Shown: positions 17,983-27,108, numbered from the stretch's first letter. The stretch: 64,000 nucleotides of DNA from Desulfobacteraceae bacterium (GCA_011390135.1 JAABSZ010000004.1:130-64129), one strand, 5' to 3'. Numbers and translations: made by a program. The notes: generated by a model from the letters alone, not told the origin.

Positions 17983-19548
17983 CTACTCCCGAACAAGGTT
18001 GCGCCGCTGCTCTCCCTTGAGCCAGGTAATATTGTACAGATCGAGCCGGCGGCTCTTCAGGTTCCGGACGCTTCCGGTCTGGCGCAGCTCTTTCAACAGA
18101 TCGAGATCCAGATCCACCATCAGCGTCATCTCCGTGTTGGGGGTGGCCTCGGCCGCGACCGCATCATGGGGAAAGGAGAAATCCGAAGGGGTGAAGATCG
18201 CGGACTGGGAGTACTGGATGTCCATATTGGCCACTCTGGGCAGGTTGCCGACGCTTCCGGAGATCGCGACATAGCACTCGTTTTCGATGGCCCTGGCCTG
18301 TGCGCACCGCCGCACCCGGAGGTACCCGTTCTTGGTGTCGGTCCAATACGGAATGAAGAGGATGTTCATCCCCTGATCCGCGAGATACCGGCAGAGTTCC
18401 GGGAACTCCACATCATAGCAGATCAAGATCCCGATCCTGCCGATGTCTGTCTCGAAAACCCTGAGATCGTCGCCCCCTTGCAGCCCCCAGTACTGCTGTT
18501 CATCCGGGGTGATGTGGAGCTTGTACTGGGATTCCCATGTCCCGTCTCTCCGGCAGAGGAAGGATACGTTGTAGAGGCGCTGGTCCCGGTATTCGGGCAT
18601 GCTGCCGGTGATGATGTTGATATTGTAGGAGATGGCCATATCCGCAAATGCCTGGCGCAGGGTTTCGGTATATCCGGCCAGAGAGCGCATGGCCTCTGGC
18701 GGATCTTCCTGATTGAACCCGGCCATGAGAGGAACATTGAGCAGCTCGGGAAAGAGGACGATGTCGGAGTTGTAGCCGGAGACCGTGTCGATGAAGAACT
18801 CGGCCTGGGCAAGAAAGTCCTCCGGAGAGGAGAAGTGGCGCATCTGCCACTGGACCACAGATGTCCGGACCGTCGATTTCCGGCCCCCAAAGAGCGGTTT
18901 TTTCCGTGCCTCATAATAGATGTTGTTCCACTCCAGCAGAACCCCGTAGGCTCTTGACTGTCGATCCTCGGGAATGTAGCCGGGCATCACCTTCTTGATG
19001 TGGAAGTCGTTGGAGAGCTGGAACGTGAGCACCGGATCGACGACCTCCTTGTTTTTGACCATCTGGCAGTACTGGAAGGGCGACATTTTTGAAGCGTATT
19101 CCCGATAGGAGGGTATCCGCCCCCCCAGAAGAATCCCCTTCAGATTGAGCTGCTCGCACAACTCCTTTCTCGCGTCATAGAGGCGCCGCCCCAGGCGCAT
19201 GCCCCGGTAATCCGGATGGACAAAGACATCGATGCCGTAGAGATAGTCACCGTCCGGATCATGATTCTCCAGTTTGCCCTCGCCGATGATGTCCTCATAG
19301 GTATGCTGATCCCCGTATTCGGAAAAGTCGATGACCAGGCTCAGGGCCGCAGAGACGATGGTCCCCATGTCCTCGATGCAGATCTGCCCCTGGGGAAAGC
19401 GGGCCAGCATGGAGGAGAACTCCTCGAACTTCCAGGAGCCTCCCATACCCCGATAGACCCGGTTCATGATCTCCCGGATGTCGTCGAAGTCGGAGAGCCG
19501 AAGGTTTCGAAGCTTCAGCTTGTGTTCCGTAACAGGCGTATTTTCCAT
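17983..19548 (-). CDS. GNAT N-acetyltransferase / carbon-nitrogen hydrolase (nitrilase-superfamily) fusion protein
   Basis: 521 aa. The N-terminal GNAT part carries VHPDYRGMRLGRRLY. The C-terminal CN-hydrolase part carries VLFPEL, ICYDVEFPE and the catalytic Cys context. Confidence 0.75.
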   Translation of the reverse strand: MENTPVTEHKLKLRNLRLSDFDDIREIMNRVYRGMGGSWKFEEFSSMLARFPQGQICIEDMGTIVSAALSLVIDFSEYGDQHTYEDIIGEGKLENHDPDGDYLYGIDVFVHPDYRGMRLGRRLYDARKELCEQLNLKGILLGGRIPSYREYASKMSPFQYCQMVKNKEVVDPVLTFQLSNDFHIKKVMPGYIPEDRQSRAYGVLLEWNNIYYEARKKPLFGGRKSTVRTSVVQWQMRHFSSPEDFLAQAEFFIDTVSGYNSDIVLFPELLNVPLMAGFNQEDPPEAMRSLAGYTETLRQAFADMAISYNINIITGSMPEYRDQRLYNVSFLCRRDGTWESQYKLHITPDEQQYWGLQGGDDLRVFETDIGRIGILICYDVEFPELCRYLADQGMNILFIPYWTDTKNGYLRVRRCAQARAIENECYVAISGSVGNLPRVANMDIQYSQSAIFTPSDFSFPHDAVAAEATPNTEMTLMVDLDLDLLKELRQTGSVRNLKSRRLDLYNITWLKGEQRRNLVRE

Positions 19549-19723
19549 TGATCCTCATTTCAGTGATCTATATTATCATGTTTGAAATCTTTGCCGCAAA
19601 AGATCACACGCAATCAAATCGCACGCCAGGATGATCTTTTTTTATGATTTTATCATAGAATAGATACGTCAAAAGATCAACAGCAAGCCGAAGGAGCGGA
19701 ATCGGAGCCCCCTCAAATTTTCC

Positions 19724-19753
19724 TTGCAAGAGGCTGTGCGGATAGGATATATT
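19724..19753 (+). promoter_or_regulatory. sigma70 promoter candidate for the receiver gene
   Basis: TTGCAA (19724-19729), an 18-nt spacer, then TATATT (19748-19753), in an AT-rich divergent spacer. Confidence 0.3.
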
Positions 19754-19831
19754 AAATCCGTCAACGAACCCAAAACCTTATCCGTAATCGCTCTGGTATC
19801 ATAAGGACTGTCTTACAAAAGGCTGAAAGCA

Positions 19832-20215
19832 ATGGATTCCTCTTCAAAAAAACTGCGTATACTCATCGTGGATGACCATGCCATGATGCGGGACAGTCTT
19901 CGATTGATCTTAAACGATATGAACGATATGGCCGTGGCTGAAGAGGCCGGCACCGGGGCACTGGCACTGGAACTCTGTCGGAAACAGTCTTTTGATGTCA
20001 TCCTGCTGGATCACCGCCTCCCGGACATGACGGGTCAGGAGGTTGCCCGGAGGATAAAGAAATTGGGGACCAAGACAAAAATAGTCGCGATCTCCATGAA
20101 CGATGATGAGTGGGTCAGACAGGAGATGCTGGGTGCGGGCGCGGATCTTTTTGCCGCAAAGACGGATGCGATCAAAATGCTTCCGGATTTGATCCGCAAA
20201 TCGATTTCGGGGTGA
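19832..20215 (+). CDS. stand-alone response regulator receiver protein
   Basis: 127 aa with LRILIVDDHAMMRDSL...DVILLDHRLPDMTG..K, which are receiver acidic pocket and Lys motifs. There is no output domain. Confidence 0.85.
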   Translation: MDSSSKKLRILIVDDHAMMRDSLRLILNDMNDMAVAEEAGTGALALELCRKQSFDVILLDHRLPDMTGQEVARRIKKLGTKTKIVAISMNDDEWVRQEMLGAGADLFAAKTDAIKMLPDLIRKSISG

Positions 20216-20303
20216 TGTGGAGAGCGTAAAAAAGGAATAGGCCAGGGAGACAATTCGATATTGCCTCCCTTCTTTTATGCCATAACGCCTTCAGAATCCG
20301 CTG

Positions 20304-22415
20304 TCAGGGCTTCTCCTTCAGAATCACGGACGCATCCACAGCAATCGGCGATCCATTCCGAATGATCAGCGGGTTGATATCGACCTGTTCGATGTTTTCG
20401 TAAGCCGCTCCCAAATCCCCCAACTGCACCAGGGCCTGCGCCAGTGCATTTCGATCCACAGGCGAGGTTCCGCGGAAGCCATCCAGAAGCTTTTGCGCCT
20501 TGAGACGGCCGATCAGCGCCAGCGCCTCTTCATGGCTCAAGGGGGCCATTGCAAAGGCCACATCCGCGATGACTTCTGCCAATATCCCGCCGAAGCCGCA
20601 CATCACGCAAGTCCCGAACTGCGGGTCCCGCACCAGCCCCGCGATCAGCTCCAGATCGCCTTTGATATGGGGCTGCACCAGGATCTCTCCCCTGTCGCTC
20701 ATCTCCCTTGTCAATTCCTCGAAGGTTCTTCGAACATCTTCTGATGTCCTGATATCGAGCCGGACGAGGTTCTTCTCCGTCTTGTGGACCTCTCCCGGAA
20801 GCAGCCCTTTCATGACCACGGGAAGTCCAAGTTCCGATGCGGCCTTTTCTGCAGATTCGGGCGTTTTCGCAACCCTCTCTTCGACAACGGGAATTCCGGC
20901 CGCAGAAAGGAGCTTCTTGGAAAGATGTTCATCCAGAACACCGGCCAGAACTCCGGATGATTCAAAGAGAAGCTTCTGCTGCGCATCATCCAGGGGAAGT
21001 GCGCCGGCCGCAGGCATTTCCGTCGCTTTCGGAACCGCTTTGGGAACCGGCCGGTTGAAGAGAGCCCCCATGCACTCCACAGCCCGGTATATCTCCCTAT
21101 AGACCACCATCCCAAGTTCCTGCGCCTCCTGATGAAATTCCCTGGCTGCGTCTATGGTTCCCAGCAGCCAGATGAAGACCGGCTTGCCGGCCCCCTTTGC
21201 GGTCTCTGCCATGCCAGCCAGATCCGGCTTCAGGGCAAAGCCCCCGGCAAAGGCATGGATCAGCACCGCATCCACGCCCGGATCGCTGCAGACCGCTTCC
21301 AGCGCCACGCCATAGGTCTTCTCCGCACCGTTTCGCTCCACCGCAGGCCATAGATCGACCGGGTTGGAGATCGGCATCCACTCCGGAAAGACGGTCTTGA
21401 GCTTTGCCCGGCTCTCTTCGGAAAGCAGAGCCGGCGCAAGCCCGAGCCCATCCATGAAATCGACCGATACGATCCCGGCCCCGCCCGTATAGGTGAGCAC
21501 CGCGACCCGGGCATCCTTTTTCGGGGCCGTGTCCGGAAAGGCCGCCAGGGCCCGGCAGATATCCATCATCTGTTTGAAATCATTTGCCTCGGTTACACCG
21601 GACTGGGCCATCGCACCCCGGATCACTGCCCCGTCTCCGGCAAGGCTTGCGGTGTGGCTCATGGCAGCCTTTGCCCCGATTTCACTCCTGCCGCCCTTCA
21701 AAATCACGATCGGCTTCTTGGATCGCCGGCAGATGTCGGTGAAGCGCCTCCCATCTGGGATGGCCTCCAGATAGAGACCGATGGCCCCTGTATCCGGATC
21801 ATCGACCAGATACTCTAAAAGATCGCACTCATCCACATCCATCTTGTTGCCGATGGAGCAGACCTTGCTGATCCCCATCACCCCGTGGGTCATCAGATCC
21901 ATCAGAAACGCGCCCGAAAGCATCCCGCTCTGGACCACGAGAGAGACATCCCCCGGCGTCAGCCCCTCCTGCCAGATCATGGGAGAGACAAAGGAGAAGA
22001 CATACCTCTTTACAGCATCCACCAGCCCCATACAATTGGGGCCCCAGAGGCGGATGCCGGTCTCCTTTCGGATCTCCAGAAGCTCCCCCTGAAGGGCTGC
22101 GCCCCCCTCCCCGGTCTCGGAGAAGCCGCCGGATTCGATCATCACCCCTTTTATCCCTCTATCTGCACAGGCTCGGACAACCCCCGGCACATGGGGCGCG
22201 GGCACGAAGACGATGGCGAGATCGACCGGGTCGGGAACATCGGCCACTGTCGGATAGCAGCGGACCTCTTCGATGGTCTCATACTTGGGATTGACCGGAT
22301 AGATCCCGCCGTCAAAACCGGTGATCAGATTTTTCAAAATCGAATTGCCCCCTTTGAATGGGGTGGCGCTTGCACCGATCAGGGCGATGCCCTTGGGTCT
22401 GAAAAAAAAATTCAT
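20304..22415 (-). CDS. acetate--CoA ligase (ADP-forming) family protein (fused CoA-binding/ligase-CoA/ATP-grasp)
   Basis: 703 aa. The N-terminus reads FFRPKGIALIGAS....GG..ILKNL...F.G.IYPVNPKY, followed by succinyl-CoA-synthetase-like flavodoxin domains and a C-terminal ATP-grasp. Confidence 0.85.
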   Translation of the reverse strand: MNFFFRPKGIALIGASATPFKGGNSILKNLITGFDGGIYPVNPKYETIEEVRCYPTVADVPDPVDLAIVFVPAPHVPGVVRACADRGIKGVMIESGGFSETGEGGAALQGELLEIRKETGIRLWGPNCMGLVDAVKRYVFSFVSPMIWQEGLTPGDVSLVVQSGMLSGAFLMDLMTHGVMGISKVCSIGNKMDVDECDLLEYLVDDPDTGAIGLYLEAIPDGRRFTDICRRSKKPIVILKGGRSEIGAKAAMSHTASLAGDGAVIRGAMAQSGVTEANDFKQMMDICRALAAFPDTAPKKDARVAVLTYTGGAGIVSVDFMDGLGLAPALLSEESRAKLKTVFPEWMPISNPVDLWPAVERNGAEKTYGVALEAVCSDPGVDAVLIHAFAGGFALKPDLAGMAETAKGAGKPVFIWLLGTIDAAREFHQEAQELGMVVYREIYRAVECMGALFNRPVPKAVPKATEMPAAGALPLDDAQQKLLFESSGVLAGVLDEHLSKKLLSAAGIPVVEERVAKTPESAEKAASELGLPVVMKGLLPGEVHKTEKNLVRLDIRTSEDVRRTFEELTREMSDRGEILVQPHIKGDLELIAGLVRDPQFGTCVMCGFGGILAEVIADVAFAMAPLSHEEALALIGRLKAQKLLDGFRGTSPVDRNALAQALVQLGDLGAAYENIEQVDINPLIIRNGSPIAVDASVILKEKP

Positions 22416-22629
22416 CCTTTATGCCTCCTGAATTATGAATGGCGGTTCATTTTTGTTTCTCCTCTTTTACCCCTAAGCGCACGTTCCGTCAAGGAATCAA
22501 ATAATCCTTTACAATATACTATACTTGTGGAAATATATACGTCTTTGTGGTGAAAAGTATGATGCGGAAGGGCATGATGCCCATGCCGTCTGAAGCCAAC
22601 ACCATATTATATCCAAGGACAGCCAAAAC

Positions 22630-23712
22630 GTGTTAATCGATACATTTGAGCAGACCGCTTCGATCCGGGAGACCTTCGAGGAACGGGAGAAGGGGTTTAT
22701 CTCCCCGTATGGGTGTCTCAGCTCCTGCTCCCGGGGCCGAAGCCGCCCCGAGCCCGAGTGTCTGATCCGAACCGCGTTTCAGGTGGACCGGGATCGAATT
22801 CTCTTCTCCAACGCCTTCAGACGATTGAAGCACAAGACCCAGGTCTTTCTCTCCCCCTTGGGGGATCAGTACCGGACAAGGCTCACCCACACCCTCGAGG
22901 TGGCACAGATCTCCAGAACCGTGGCCCGGGCCATGCGGCTCAACGAGGATCTGGCAGAGGCCATCTCGCTGGGCCATGATCTGGGGCATACGCCCTTTGG
23001 ACACTCCGGAGAGACGGCCTTAAAGGAGATCTTCTCTCCCGATTTTGCCCACAACGAACAGAGCCTCCGGGTGGTGGAGGTGATCGAAAACCGGGGCCGG
23101 GGGCTCAACCTCACCTGGGAGGTGCGCAACGGCATCCGGAAGCATTCCAAGGGGTACGGCAAGATCATCCCGGATGATCCGGACGAGCAGCCCGCGACCG
23201 TGGAGGGGCAGGTTGTGCGGGTGGCCGACATCGTTGCATATCTGAACCATGATCTGGATGACGCGATCCGAAGCGGTGTGATCGGCGAAGATCATGTCCC
23301 CGGCGTCTGTAAAGAAATTCTGGGGAAAAACCATTCCCAGCGGGCCTCCACCATGATCCGGGATCTCGTCTTTTCAAGCACAGTCGAAGATGGTGAATTC
23401 AGACTCAAGATGAGCGAGGAGGTCTATGGCGCGATGACTACGCTGCGGATGTTCCTCTATGAGAATGTTTACCGCTCCGATCATGTCCACCAGGAGTTCG
23501 TCAAGGCCAAGAAGATCCTCTGCGAACTCTACCAGTATTTCATGGAGAATTTGGAGATGGTTCCGGATGAGCTGGAGAATATGGAACTGCAGAGCTATGC
23601 CCATTACCAGCACTCCCACGAGCGGATCGTCGCGGATCTGATCGCGAGCATGACGGACCGGTACGCGCTGGATCTCTACACCGCCCTATTCTTTCCCTCC
23701 CCCCTCGTATAG
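22630..23712 (+). CDS. dGTP triphosphohydrolase-like HD-domain protein
   Basis: 360 aa with RTRLTHTLEVAQISRTVARA, LGHDLGHTPFGHSGE and VVRVADIVAYLNHDLDD. It has a GTG start. Confidence 0.8.
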   Translation: MLIDTFEQTASIRETFEEREKGFISPYGCLSSCSRGRSRPEPECLIRTAFQVDRDRILFSNAFRRLKHKTQVFLSPLGDQYRTRLTHTLEVAQISRTVARAMRLNEDLAEAISLGHDLGHTPFGHSGETALKEIFSPDFAHNEQSLRVVEVIENRGRGLNLTWEVRNGIRKHSKGYGKIIPDDPDEQPATVEGQVVRVADIVAYLNHDLDDAIRSGVIGEDHVPGVCKEILGKNHSQRASTMIRDLVFSSTVEDGEFRLKMSEEVYGAMTTLRMFLYENVYRSDHVHQEFVKAKKILCELYQYFMENLEMVPDELENMELQSYAHYQHSHERIVADLIASMTDRYALDLYTALFFPSPLV

Positions 23713-23721
23713 GAACCTCTT

Positions 23722-24336
23722 TTGATGATCGATACCATTGCCGCCCTGGCCAACAGGATGCAGCCCCACGATCTTATATACGACCCTCTGTTGGAAGAAC
23801 TCGGCCACCTCTTTTCCCGGATGGATGGGGGGTATGATGATGCGGCCCGGCAAGCCGGTTTCCACTGCAGCGGGTGCGATAATAACTGCTGCCGCAGCCT
23901 CTTCTATCATTATACGATGGTGGAATATCTCTATCTGCTGAAAGGTTTTTCAAAACTTTCAACCCAAGCGCAGAAGCGGATCATGGCGCGGGTGAAATCT
24001 CCCGAACATGAAACGGACAGGCGGCCCCTCTGTCCGGCCAATGAAAAGGAGCGCTGCCTGCTCTATCCGTACCGGCCCATGATCTGCCGGCTCCACGGCA
24101 TACCCCATTTCCTGTCCCGGCCCGACGGAGCCCGGGTCGAAGGGCCCGGATGTGACGCCTATTACAGAAGCAACACAGGCGAGAATAGACATCTGCTGGA
24201 TCGAACCCCCTTCTACCGGGAGATGGCGGCCCTGGAGGCAGAAATCCGGGGAAAGACCGGCTTCAGCGGAAAAATCAAAATGACCGTCGCGGAGATCCTC
24301 GCGGCGCACAAGAGCGATCAGAACCTGATTTTATGA
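23722..24336 (+). CDS. YkgJ/UPF0153 family cysteine-cluster protein (paralog 1)
   Basis: 204 aa with FHCSGCDNNCCRSLF and a second motif CLLYPYRPMICRLHG. Confidence 0.7.
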   Translation: MMIDTIAALANRMQPHDLIYDPLLEELGHLFSRMDGGYDDAARQAGFHCSGCDNNCCRSLFYHYTMVEYLYLLKGFSKLSTQAQKRIMARVKSPEHETDRRPLCPANEKERCLLYPYRPMICRLHGIPHFLSRPDGARVEGPGCDAYYRSNTGENRHLLDRTPFYREMAALEAEIRGKTGFSGKIKMTVAEILAAHKSDQNLIL

Positions 24337-25124
24337 AGTATATCGAAAATATCGAAGAGATAGATCAACTGCCGGGCCGGCGGATCGAGCCGGGCGACAC
24401 CTTCCGGTTCCGGTGCCATCCGGATGTGGCCTGTTTCAACCGGTGCTGCCGGAACCTCAACCTCTTCTTGTACCCTTATGATCTGATCCGGCTGAAAAAA
24501 CGGCTGGGGATCTCCTCGGATCGTTTTTTGGAGGAGTATGTGGATGTGGTCCTGCGGGAGGGGAGCCACTTTCCCGAGGTACTGCTCCGAATGGCCGACA
24601 ATGAAGAGGCCACCTGCCCATTTCTGAGCGATGCCGGATGCAGGGTCTATCCGGACCGGCCCGGAACCTGCCGATCCTATCCGGTGGAACATGGGGTCCG
24701 GTTCGATGGCAAAACCGGTAAGACGACGCTGGTCCACTTTTTCCGGCCCCCTGAGACCTGCCTCGGCGCGAATGAAGATCAGGAATTGACCATCGATGAC
24801 TGGTTGGCGGATCAGGAGGCAAAGGATTATCACCGGATGACCCTGCGCTGGGCAGAGGTCAGGGCGCTCTTTTCGGCAGACCCGTGGGGACATGAAGGGC
24901 CCAACTGCCCCCGGGCCAAAATGGCCTTTATGGCGGCTTACAACATCGACGCGTTCCGGGAGTTCGTCTATAAAAGCTCGTTTACCAAACGGTACAAGGT
25001 GAAGCCGGAGGTATTGAAGCGGGCGCGCCTCGATGACGAGGCGCTGTTGAAGATAGGCTTCGAGTGGATCGAATTCTTCATCTGGGGAAAAAAGCCGGCC
25101 TCGTTCAAGCCGAAAGGCAAATAG
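24333..25124 (+). CDS. YkgJ/UPF0153 family cysteine-cluster protein (paralog 2)
   Basis: 263 aa with FRCHPDVACFNRCCRNLNLFLYPYDLIRLKK and CPFLSDAGCRVYPDRPGTCRSYP. Its start overlaps the stop of paralog 1. Confidence 0.75.
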   Translation: MKYIENIEEIDQLPGRRIEPGDTFRFRCHPDVACFNRCCRNLNLFLYPYDLIRLKKRLGISSDRFLEEYVDVVLREGSHFPEVLLRMADNEEATCPFLSDAGCRVYPDRPGTCRSYPVEHGVRFDGKTGKTTLVHFFRPPETCLGANEDQELTIDDWLADQEAKDYHRMTLRWAEVRALFSADPWGHEGPNCPRAKMAFMAAYNIDAFREFVYKSSFTKRYKVKPEVLKRARLDDEALLKIGFEWIEFFIWGKKPASFKPKGK

Positions 25125-25133
25125 AAGGATTCA

Positions 25134-25258
25134 GGCGGCTTTCCGGAATTGAAATCCCCTGTAAAAAGGACGAAAAAATGGACGGAGTGGACAGAGCGGA
25201 CATAGTGGCGGTTGAAACCCCAAGAGCTTTGCCGGGATCTTCATTTCCGGAATTCACC
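25134..25258 (+). repeat. TIR-bounded intergenic repeat element with 9-nt phased GGAC core (copy A)
   Basis: The ends TTCCGGAATTGAAATCCCC (25141-) and GGGATCTTCATTTCCGGAATT (-25255) are inverted repeats. GGAC occurs at 25168, 25180, 25189 and 25198. The element aligns along its whole length with 45147-45274. Confidence 0.75.
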
Positions 25259-26104
25259 TTACAATACCCCGGGCGGCATGGGGCCCGTCCGCTCTCCGCC
25301 AAGCACATACCCGCCGTCGATCCGCAGCACCGACCCGGTCATGAAGGGCGCATCGGAAATCAGGAACCGGACCGCACGGATAAGATCGTCGATCCTTCCG
25401 AACCGTTCCAGAAGGGTGTGTTCCCGCAGCGCATCCTTCTGCGGATCGGTCAGCAGCCCCCAGCCCCGGGTTCCCTCACCGTGCCGGGTCTCGAAGATCC
25501 CGAGCATGATCTCGTTGACCCGCACCTCGGGGGCCCCCATCCGGGCCCATGTCTCGGTGAGCAGCGAGACCCCCCGGTTGGCCGCGGCATAGCCGTCGTT
25601 GAAGATGATCTGCGCCGGCCCGGACCGGCCCACCATCCCCGCAATGGAGGAGAAATTGATCACGACCCCGTCCCCGGACCGTTTCAGATGGGGCAGGGCC
25701 GCTTCAAAGACCCAGCGCTTTGCCCGGAGAGTTGTCGCCATCTCCAGGTCCCACTGCTCCGGCACATAGGGCCCATGGACCACGGGCCACCCGCCCCGCT
25801 CGATGTTGTTGACCAGGATATCGAGGCCCCCCAGACGTTCCACGGCCCCATCCACCATGGAAAGAATCCTGTCTGATTCGAGAAGATCCGTTCTGAAAAG
25901 GTGGTATTCTCCGCCCGTATCGGCAAAATCTTCCTGCATCCGGGGAATGGCTTCCTCCCAATCATAATAAGTGGCCGCCACCCGTGCCCCCCGGCGAACC
26001 AGATCCAGCCCGATCCCTTTGCCGATCCCCTTGACCGCCCCCAGCACCAGGGCCCGCTTCCCCCCAAGCGCACCCTCCCCTGCCTGCGCCCGCCCCGGAT
26101 TCAT
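25259..26104 (-). CDS. short-chain dehydrogenase/reductase (SDR) family oxidoreductase, atypical active-site string
   Basis: 281 aa with a Rossmann motif LVLGAVKGIGKGIG and NNIE...SSIAG. The YxxxK position reads YAAAN, so the Lys is not in its usual place. Confidence 0.75.
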   Translation of the reverse strand: MNPGRAQAGEGALGGKRALVLGAVKGIGKGIGLDLVRRGARVAATYYDWEEAIPRMQEDFADTGGEYHLFRTDLLESDRILSMVDGAVERLGGLDILVNNIERGGWPVVHGPYVPEQWDLEMATTLRAKRWVFEAALPHLKRSGDGVVINFSSIAGMVGRSGPAQIIFNDGYAAANRGVSLLTETWARMGAPEVRVNEIMLGIFETRHGEGTRGWGLLTDPQKDALREHTLLERFGRIDDLIRAVRFLISDAPFMTGSVLRIDGGYVLGGERTGPMPPGVL

Positions 26105-26862
26105 CGCACCGCTCCGGCTTTTTCAACCATCTTTTCGGTCCTTTGAAAAAGCGCGGTAGGCATCCATTCCAGAACGGCTTTCAAAAAAACCGTATCATCA
26201 CATTCTATGCCATTTCTCACGGCCGAATCAACGTCAAACTCCTTTCCCTCCCCATTTTCCCGAAGCCGGGTCCGGAAGGCGTCGATATCATAACAGGCCG
26301 AATAGAAAAGCCGGCCGGCCACCATCGGCAAAGGGCCCGGATGCAGCCGGTTTTTGGCCGCGATGACCCCCATCATAAGATCGTTCATTTCATTATAAGG
26401 GCCGATCCTCTGGGATTCGACCCACTCTTCCGGAGTCTGGGCAGATTCGGCTTCAAAGCCGAAGCAGTGCCCCTCCTGCATCAGAAAATACCGCTCCGAC
26501 ATCCGCCCCGCGGCCCGATCCCGGGAGAGAAGCCGGACCAGCGGATAGGTCCGGCAGGAGCCGGGCCGGTCCTCATAGACCCGACACCCCTCCGTCGTCA
26601 CAAAAGGGCATTTCCGCTCGGGTCCGGGAAGCGGCTTCAGCGTAACCACCGGAAGTCCGGTCTCGGGCCCCGTATGCTGATGGGTATAGCGGGCCAGAAA
26701 TTCTCCCGATTCCATCCCGAGGCCGTTTTTCAGCCGGAGAATATCATACGGGGTCAGGGGCTGGTTAAGATCCCGGCAGCACTCGTTGAAGCACCGAACC
26801 CGCGCAGAACAGGCAAAATTGAAGACCTCCCCCGGATAAACAGGAACTATCTCGTTTTCCAT
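26101..26862 (-). CDS. YkgJ/UPF0153 family cysteine-cluster protein (paralog 3)
   Basis: 253 aa with FACSARVRCFNECCRDLNQPLTPYDILRLKN and CPFVTTEGCRVYEDRPGSCRTYP. It is collinear with paralog 2 and its stop overlaps the SDR start. Confidence 0.75.
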   Translation of the reverse strand: MENEIVPVYPGEVFNFACSARVRCFNECCRDLNQPLTPYDILRLKNGLGMESGEFLARYTHQHTGPETGLPVVTLKPLPGPERKCPFVTTEGCRVYEDRPGSCRTYPLVRLLSRDRAAGRMSERYFLMQEGHCFGFEAESAQTPEEWVESQRIGPYNEMNDLMMGVIAAKNRLHPGPLPMVAGRLFYSACYDIDAFRTRLRENGEGKEFDVDSAVRNGIECDDTVFLKAVLEWMPTALFQRTEKMVEKAGAVR

Positions 26863-27018
26863 AAATTTTTTTCAATCCCTTCTTGATTTGTGCGTCGATT
26901 TAATATAAATCGTTCTATTCCGGTGAGGATGTACCAGAATCCGGAGAAGGGCGCAAGCCGTCATCCGAATTCCCCGGCCTCTCCTCCCCTGCCGGAAAGA
27001 GAGTGCGCACAAAAAGTC

Positions 27019-27048
27019 TTGACAGACCGAAAAAATAAATGTTATACG
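27019..27048 (+). promoter_or_regulatory. sigma70 promoter candidate for aprBA (long leader)
   Basis: TTGACA (27019-27024), an 18-nt spacer, then TATACG (27043-27048), about 250 nt upstream of aprB. Confidence 0.35.
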
Positions 27049-27071
27049 TCCTCTCTGTTTGTATTAGGTTT

Positions 27072-27108
27072 ATATGATTGAATTTTTAAGTTCATATGAT
27101 TGAATTTT
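27072..27108 (+). repeat. two exact 15-bp direct repeats ATATGATTGAATTTT, 22 bp apart
   Basis: The copies lie at 27072-27086 and 27094-27108 in the AT-rich region upstream of aprB. Confidence 0.85.

Noticed and set aside
17389-18957. 522-aa plus-strand ORF opposite the secreted protein and GNAT/nitrilase genes. Similar long antisense ORFs occur at 2940-4163, 9582-10826, 40183-41643, 47269-48465, 48299-49453, 51892-53223 and 55967-57127.
   Set aside because: All of them lie antisense to genes with clear family motifs, span gene junctions, are rich in R/G/P/D/H/L and lack ribosome-binding sites.
25168-25201. 9-bp phased (A/G)(G/A)TGGAC(A/G)(A/G) units as a DnaA-box cluster or replication origin
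   Set aside because: They match the TGTGNAWAA consensus at only about 6 of 9 positions. There is no adjacent AT-rich unwinding element and no dnaA/dnaN. The same core occurs at four unrelated loci.
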